From positions 832,001 to 896,000 of the forward strand of contig CAVWVI010000004.1 in assembly GCA_963758495.1 (NCBI GenBank): 64,000 nt of DNA. Direction: 5' to 3'. Shown here in pieces: positions 58,405 to 64,000 of the stretch (positions are counted from its first letter, which is position 1; each line of letters begins with the position of its first letter). The position numbers were made by a program, and so were the translations under genes. The notes beneath the pieces are model-generated. The model saw only the letters and a list, made by a program, of their open reading frames with translations, made no database searches and had not been told where the DNA came from. Source of the DNA: Oligoflexia bacterium. Its GTDB lineage: Bacteria; Bdellovibrionota; UBA1018.

Positions 58405-59934
58405 ATGCGCATAGGAATCATTGACCTAGGAACAAACTCCGTTCGTTTTGACGTCCATTCAGTAGACCGCAATGGTAAATCACGCTTGCTACATAGAGAA
58501 AAACTCATGATCCGCTTAGGTCAAGGTGTTTTTTTGGATGGCAAGTTGGACCTCCATGCCATCCATCGAACCATCCAAGCCTTCAATAGCTTCCATCGAA
58601 CCGCTACCCTGCTCCAAGCAGAAAAAGTAGTCGCCTCTGGAACCAGCGCTCTTCGTGAAGCCATTGACGCGGATAACTTAATCAGCATGATTCGACGAAA
58701 AACGGGCATTGATATTAGAGTGATATCTGGCCAAGAAGAAGCCCAACTGATTGCTTTAGGAATCTTAGCCAATGAATCCACCCCCAAGGGTCGATTTGGA
58801 TTGATTGACATTGGTGGCGGAAGTACTGAAATCAGTATCTGTGAAGGAAAGAAAATTCTACACTCGGTTAGCTTTTCTCTCGGTGCCGCAAGACTTCAGC
58901 AAATTTTTTTAAAATCAAGTCCGCCAAAAATAATAAAAGATTCGCATCTAGATCCGATTTTGAACTTAAGAAAGTACATTAAAAGCATTCTACTTCCAAA
59001 AATAGTGCTAGACCAATGGCCTCATGTTTCGACTCTCATAGGATCAAGCGGAACGATTCGAGCATTACAAAAAATCATTAAAAAGACCGCTCTCAGCGAC
59101 ACGGCTAATAACTCCATCGACCGAAAAGCTATCAGTAAACTTATTAAATTCATGAGCCCCCTCTCCAAACCTCAGCTTTTAGGAATTCCAGGAATGGAAA
59201 CAAAGCGAGCTGATATTATTTTATCGGGAGCACTTTTGCTCGATGAATGCATGGATGCTCTAGGGGCGAATCAATTTATAACAACGACCTACTCTCTGCG
59301 AGATGGAATTTTGGATCGTGAAATTAGACAGATCTCTCATCGGCGAGGTCCTGAAATTCAGTTTAAAATGTCAGACCTTTATTCAAAAGCGAAGCGCTTA
59401 GGCGCTGATGAATCTCATCTCAAACAGGTCGTTACACTAGCAGAGACCCTTTTTGATGGCACTCAGCGAATTCATAAGCTAAGCTCCGAATGGAAACGAT
59501 ACCTGACTGCTGCTACAATTCTTCATGACACAGGAGAGGCGGTTTCATCCACTCACCATGAAATTCATTCCTACTATATAGTCCGAAATGCTGATTTTCT
59601 TGCAATGGAGAAATGGGAATCCGAATTCATTGCACAGCTCTGCCTTAATCATAACGCCGGCGAACTCTCCAAAAAAGATATTGAATTTCTAACAGAAAAA
59701 TCCAAAAAAAATGCATTTCACTTTCTTCTGGGACTATTACGGGTAGCTGATGCGCTCGATCGAGGCCATAAATCAACTATTAAGATTAAAAAGGTTAAAT
59801 TGGAACGCACTCAAGTAACGATCTTTATTCAAGGGGAAAATACAGCAGACCTTGAAATTTTACGAGTTGAGCAAAAAAAGAAGCTCTTTGAAAAGACTTT
59901 TAAACGTCACCTCATCGTACAAATAACAAAATAA
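58405..59934 (+). CDS. ppx: Exopolyphosphatase / GppA with HD domain
   Basis: IDLGTNS, TSALREA, DIGGGSTE, LRDG, ILHD. Confidence 0.93.
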   Translation: MRIGIIDLGTNSVRFDVHSVDRNGKSRLLHREKLMIRLGQGVFLDGKLDLHAIHRTIQAFNSFHRTATLLQAEKVVASGTSALREAIDADNLISMIRRKTGIDIRVISGQEEAQLIALGILANESTPKGRFGLIDIGGGSTEISICEGKKILHSVSFSLGAARLQQIFLKSSPPKIIKDSHLDPILNLRKYIKSILLPKIVLDQWPHVSTLIGSSGTIRALQKIIKKTALSDTANNSIDRKAISKLIKFMSPLSKPQLLGIPGMETKRADIILSGALLLDECMDALGANQFITTTYSLRDGILDREIRQISHRRGPEIQFKMSDLYSKAKRLGADESHLKQVVTLAETLFDGTQRIHKLSSEWKRYLTAATILHDTGEAVSSTHHEIHSYYIVRNADFLAMEKWESEFIAQLCLNHNAGELSKKDIEFLTEKSKKNAFHFLLGLLRVADALDRGHKSTIKIKKVKLERTQVTIFIQGENTADLEILRVEQKKKLFEKTFKRHLIVQITK

Positions 59935-59977
59935 GGCTTTAGCGCTTAGAGTCTGTTAGTAATCTCTTAGTCAAAAA

Positions 59978-60208
59978 CTAATTGGACATCGGCGGAAGAT
60001 CGTCATTATCACTGCTCACTGATGGAGTCACAGGAACGACTCGTCCCGCAGCTATTTCCCGAAGAGCAGTAACGATCACTCGATTTTTACTTTTCACAAG
60101 TGGATCCGCACCCTTATAGAGCTGGCGAGCACGTCTAGTCGCTAAATGGACTAATTCATACATATTATCTACATGAGACAAACAATCTTCAATTGTTACG
60201 CGTGCCAT
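59978..60208 (-). CDS. rpoZ: RNA polymerase omega subunit
   Basis: [23 protein letters not shown]. Confidence 0.96.
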   Translation of the reverse strand: MARVTIEDCLSHVDNMYELVHLATRRARQLYKGADPLVKSKNRVIVTALREIAAGRVVPVTPSVSSDNDDLPPMSN

Positions 60209-60285
60209 TTAAACTCCTTAAACAAAAGAAACGGATACTCGTATTTGTTACCTAATTTATCGAAAAGAGTCAATGTCTATTCAAG

Positions 60286-60373
60286 TAAGCCCTGTGAGGA
60301 GTCCTATTGCTCCGGGAATTCAAATCTTTACGGCGTAACAGGGCCCCCTCACAGGGCTTGTCAACAGCGCTAA
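60286..60373. repeat. Palindromic dispersed repeat, copy F
   Basis: AAGCCCTGTGAGG...CCGGGAATTCAAATCTTTACGG...CCTCACAGGGCTTGTCAACAGCGCTAA. Confidence 0.8.
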
Positions 60374-60424
60374 AGGAACTGCTTATATTCTAACAGCCTA
60401 TCGGCCGAGGTGTCTTACTCACAC

Positions 60425-62362
60425 TCAATGAAAATGCTGTATTGACGCATGCATAACTGAACTCTCTTCCCCAGTCACTGTTATGGATTGATACATACTA
60501 TCCAATTCCGCCTCATACCGTTTACTAATAAATTTTCTGCGGATTTTTAAGGAAGTCGTCAACTCGCCCCCCTCCACAGTAAATTCATTCGGCAATATCA
60601 CAAATCTTCTGATGGCTTCAAAGCTAGCAAGCTTTTTATTCACCTCATCGATGATCTTTTGCGCTATCAGTAGAATTTTTGGGTTCTTAATTAACTCTTT
60701 ATATTCACTAAATAAAATCTCATGCTCATTTGCATATCGAATAATCCACTCTCGATCTAGAGTGACTAACGCCGTAATACACTCTCGACGATCCCCACAA
60801 ACAACAAACTGCGTAATCAGATTATAGGCTTTAGCAAGATTTTCAATTTTCTGAGGCGCAATACTTTTACCTCCACTCGTTTTAATCAAATCCTTTTTTC
60901 GATCGACAATATGCAAAAATCCATCTGAGTCGATGAACCCTATATCTCCTGTGAGAAACCAACCTGCATTCAATGACTGAGCATCTTCCTCAGTTCCTTT
61001 ATAATAAGACTTAAATACCTTTCTTGACTTAATTAAAATCTCTCCATCTTCAGCTATTTTAAGAGTAACCTCTGGAAGGGGGCGACCGACTGTCCCAAAT
61101 CGAATACTTTCTGGATGATTCAATGTAACGGGGGCACAAGTTTCGGTCAAACCATAACCTTCTAATATTTGAACTCCAATAATTTGAAAAAACTCTCCAA
61201 TTTCTTTAGAAAGAGGTGCTCCCCCGCAAATTGCAAATCGAAGACGCCCACCCAATCTATTAGAAATAGAATTGAACACTAACGTTCTTGCCATCTGATA
61301 CTCGACACGATCAACAATCGCCGGGCTTATTCCTGTCCAAATAGCACTATAATATTTTTTACCTGCCGTAAGCGCTCTTCGAAAAACTTTTCTTTTTGAA
61401 GGAGAACCTGAGTCTAGTTCGTTCAAGATACCACTATAAATTTTTTCAAAAATTCGAGGCACTGAAAAGATCAGTGTGGGTTTTATCTCTTCGAAATTAG
61501 CCATCCATTGATCTGAGCCTTCAGCAAAAACTTGACGCCAGCCAAAAACATGTCCTGCCAAAGACTCCAGTCTTCCTAATATATGAGAGAAAGGAAGTAA
61601 CGAAAGAATCACTTCTCCTTCCGGCCTAATAAAATTACCCAAAACCGAAGCACAATCTTCTAGTACACTCATCAAATTATCATGAGTGAGCATAACTCCT
61701 TTTGGAACTCCGGTGGCACCCGATGTGTAACAAATAGTCATGAGATCATCTGCTTTTGCACCAGACAAGTTCTGATCAAACCGGGTAGGATCTTTTGCTT
61801 CTTCTCGTCGTCCAAGCTCCTGAAGAGCCTGAAGAGTCATTACATTCTGAGTGCTTTCCAGATAGTGCGCTGTAAGCATCATTGCTGCTGGTTCTAGAAC
61901 AATGATTTTTTCTATTAACGATAAACAATCTGGTTTCTCTGATTTTTTTTCAATAATTTTTTGAAGCTGTCCGCGATCTTCTAGTATGAGGATACGAGCC
62001 TCTGAATGCTCTGCAATATAAACAAGATCATCAGCCGGGTTTGTGTCATCAAGTGGAATAGTCACCCCTCCTGCACCCAATATGGCCATATCGCAAAGCG
62101 ACCACTCAAATCTGGATTTGGATACAATCGCTACTTTGTCCCGCGGCTTAATCCCTAACCCCATCAATCCGAATGAGATCAGGCGACAGTCATTATAGAA
62201 TTCTTTAAAGCTGACTTCTTTCCACTGTCCTAAAGTTCCAATTTCAGCATGAGTCGGCTTAAATTGGTAACCTATGGCAGTCGGGGTGGCACGCACTCGT
62301 TCCAAAAATGTTTCTGTAATAGTACTTTGAATCATATAGGGCATAAATTCAGTCTTGTTCAA
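60425..62362 (-). CDS. Long-chain fatty acid-CoA ligase (AMP-binding)
   Basis: YTSGATGVPKG, EGYGLTE, TGDIG, DRKKDLI. Confidence 0.93.
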   Translation of the reverse strand: MNKTEFMPYMIQSTITETFLERVRATPTAIGYQFKPTHAEIGTLGQWKEVSFKEFYNDCRLISFGLMGLGIKPRDKVAIVSKSRFEWSLCDMAILGAGGVTIPLDDTNPADDLVYIAEHSEARILILEDRGQLQKIIEKKSEKPDCLSLIEKIIVLEPAAMMLTAHYLESTQNVMTLQALQELGRREEAKDPTRFDQNLSGAKADDLMTICYTSGATGVPKGVMLTHDNLMSVLEDCASVLGNFIRPEGEVILSLLPFSHILGRLESLAGHVFGWRQVFAEGSDQWMANFEEIKPTLIFSVPRIFEKIYSGILNELDSGSPSKRKVFRRALTAGKKYYSAIWTGISPAIVDRVEYQMARTLVFNSISNRLGGRLRFAICGGAPLSKEIGEFFQIIGVQILEGYGLTETCAPVTLNHPESIRFGTVGRPLPEVTLKIAEDGEILIKSRKVFKSYYKGTEEDAQSLNAGWFLTGDIGFIDSDGFLHIVDRKKDLIKTSGGKSIAPQKIENLAKAYNLITQFVVCGDRRECITALVTLDREWIIRYANEHEILFSEYKELIKNPKILLIAQKIIDEVNKKLASFEAIRRFVILPNEFTVEGGELTTSLKIRRKFISKRYEAELDSMYQSITVTGEESSVMHASIQHFH

Positions 62363-62379
62363 TGTTCGTCTCTCACTGT

Positions 62380-62853
62380 TTAGGTCGCGCTGTTTAGGTC
62401 GCGCTCAATGGCTTTCTTCTTGAGTGTTTCTCTCTTATCGTATTTTTTCTTCCCTTTGCCTAAGCCTAGTTCAATTTTAGCAATTCCTTTTTTAAAATAC
62501 ATTCGTAAAGGGATAATTGTCATACCCTTTTGAACAACAGCCCCATGCATTTTTTGGAGCTGATGACGATGAAGCAGGAGCTTACGTTTGCGAAGTGCGA
62601 TGTGATTCCAAATATTTCCGTGTGAATAGGGTCCGATGTGAGTATTTACCAGCCACGCTTCAAAACTATTCGATCGAGCTACGACCTCTACAAAGGAATC
62701 TCGAAGATTAGGGGCCTGAGTTCTCAGACTTTTCACTTCCGTACCAGTCAATACGATGCCAGCTTCCACTATTTCATCGATAAAATAGTTTGATCTGGCA
62801 ATAGGATTAGACGCTATTAACTTCTCTCCGGAACTTTTCCTATCATGACTCAT
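62380..62853 (-). CDS. smpB: SsrA-binding protein
   Basis: EAGIVLTGTEVKSLR, RKLLLH, GKGKKKYDKRE. Confidence 0.96.
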   Translation of the reverse strand: MSHDRKSSGEKLIASNPIARSNYFIDEIVEAGIVLTGTEVKSLRTQAPNLRDSFVEVVARSNSFEAWLVNTHIGPYSHGNIWNHIALRKRKLLLHRHQLQKMHGAVVQKGMTIIPLRMYFKKGIAKIELGLGKGKKKYDKRETLKKKAIERDLNSAT

Positions 62854-62875
62854 TCTTTATGTGCTCGCATATGAT

Positions 62876-64000
62876 TTAAAACGCTAATGCTAGCGTTATC
62901 CCCCCACCATAGATACTTCCACCTACATTATAGCCTGGGTATCCGATTCGATATCCTTCCTGTCCTGCTTCATTTAAATTATCGGTAGCTTTAGTAACAT
63001 ATTGGGTCACGAGCGCCTGATAAGACAAATTAAAATCGATTCGAGTAGCCAGCGGATAACCCAAAAAATGTTTGTAACTCAATCCCCAACCCAAGTTAAA
63101 CATATGTTTGGGAGGATCAAGATAATTACCGGATCCATTGGGTATCTCCGCAAGAATGCTCGGACGATAAGCATAGCCCATTCTGAATGTACTGACATTA
63201 CTGATTTGAATTTCCTCACCCACCCGAGGAATCAGAATATTCACATACTTGACTGAAGGTAAAATCGTAGGAGAAATCTGAATGGTACTCGGACTGCAAG
63301 CTCCAGGAGGATCACACATAGTCGTCTGAGGTTGTTGAATCTGAAGTGCAGGAGGTTGAAAGCTACTCCAAAATTGATAATCCAATTGAGCTAATAAGCG
63401 AGCTCTTTCAGCATGCTGCCATTTCCCCCCAAGCTCTAAAGACATGGGATCATAAAAAAGGGTAGAAAACGCATTAAAATTAAAATCAATCGCAGCTAAA
63501 TCTCCAAATGCCCGAGCAGCTGTGTTCAAAGTCATCGTATTATCTGAAGAGACTGGAAATCTAAATACTGCCCCTAAGGAATACTTGGGTGCTTCCTCGG
63601 GTGTAAAAAGAAGTCCTAAATAGGGAGATGCTTTAGTTTTAAACGTCGATAAGAATCGCATGGATGAAGTTGTATTGGATTTCGTGTTTATAAAAACCGA
63701 AGCATTACTGGTTAGGGAAAAACCAAAATGAACTCCAGCCCCTAAATGAAATCCCCTCCCTACTTTAACTCCACCCCCTATTTCAATTTGAGGCCGCTGG
63801 GTGCGAGATCGATACAATACATATTCTGGTACATAAGACTCGCCGGTATCAAAAAAAGCGACTTGATCGAGGGGTAAGAATAATACAAGGCCCGCCGTAG
63901 GATTATATTTTCCATCTGTAAGTCGATAGGAAAGCCCGATTTCCTGACCGAATGTGTTACGATAGGAAGAATTATCTACATCTGAGTAACTCGGTGAGTT
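62876..64000 (-). CDS. Outer-membrane beta-barrel (FadL/OmpP1-like), 5'-truncated by window edge
   Basis: Frame open to base 64000; alternating beta-strand pattern, R.GY.Y.PS, C-terminal Phe; upstream of the acyl-CoA ligase. Confidence 0.6.
   Translation of the reverse strand, partial: NSPSYSDVDNSSYRNTFGQEIGLSYRLTDGKYNPTAGLVLFLPLDQVAFFDTGESYVPEYVLYRSRTQRPQIEIGGGVKVGRGFHLGAGVHFGFSLTSNASVFINTKSNTTSSMRFLSTFKTKASPYLGLLFTPEEAPKYSLGAVFRFPVSSDNTMTLNTAARAFGDLAAIDFNFNAFSTLFYDPMSLELGGKWQHAERARLLAQLDYQFWSSFQPPALQIQQPQTTMCDPPGACSPSTIQISPTILPSVKYVNILIPRVGEEIQISNVSTFRMGYAYRPSILAEIPNGSGNYLDPPKHMFNLGWGLSYKHFLGYPLATRIDFNLSYQALVTQYVTKATDNLNEAGQEGYRIGYPGYNVGGSIYGGGITLALAF

Noticed and set aside
62380..62900. 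tmRNA (ssrA) near smpB
   Set aside because: No intergenic space or tRNA-like ends nearby

Overview
AT-rich bacterial chromosome segment whose gene content and protein style suggest a Bdellovibrionota-like organism (inference, not verified). Housekeeping blocks: tolQRAB, thiolase, purA, a CADD-folB-folKP-folC folate operon, threonine dehydratase, lon, ppk1-ppx, rpoZ, an acyl-CoA ligase, smpB and four tRNAs (Lys-TTT, Leu-TAG, Arg-TCT, Lys-CTT). The strongest candidate for an undescribed system is a phosphate-regulated lipid-remodelling cassette at 13.1-20.1 kb. There, phoB-phoR are followed by a triple 11-bp-period Pho-box-like repeat and then genes for a PHP phosphoesterase (frameshifted), a GT21 ceramide-glucosyltransferase-like enzyme and a GH1 glycosidase, all divergent from a DUF47-Pit operon. 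Other notable items: a 165-bp MITE with an 8-bp target duplication nested in the loop of a dispersed palindromic repeat whose arms co-vary; a secreted 1554-aa coiled-coil Ser/Thr kinase next to a minimal kinase-like gene; two metalloproteases whose pro-domain-like parts appear to be separate genes; a candidate sigma54-driven small RNA; an ethylene-receptor-type histidine kinase; a His-less HPt-like gene after tolB; and toxin-antitoxin islets beside tRNAs. All family calls come from reading motifs by eye, without database searches.
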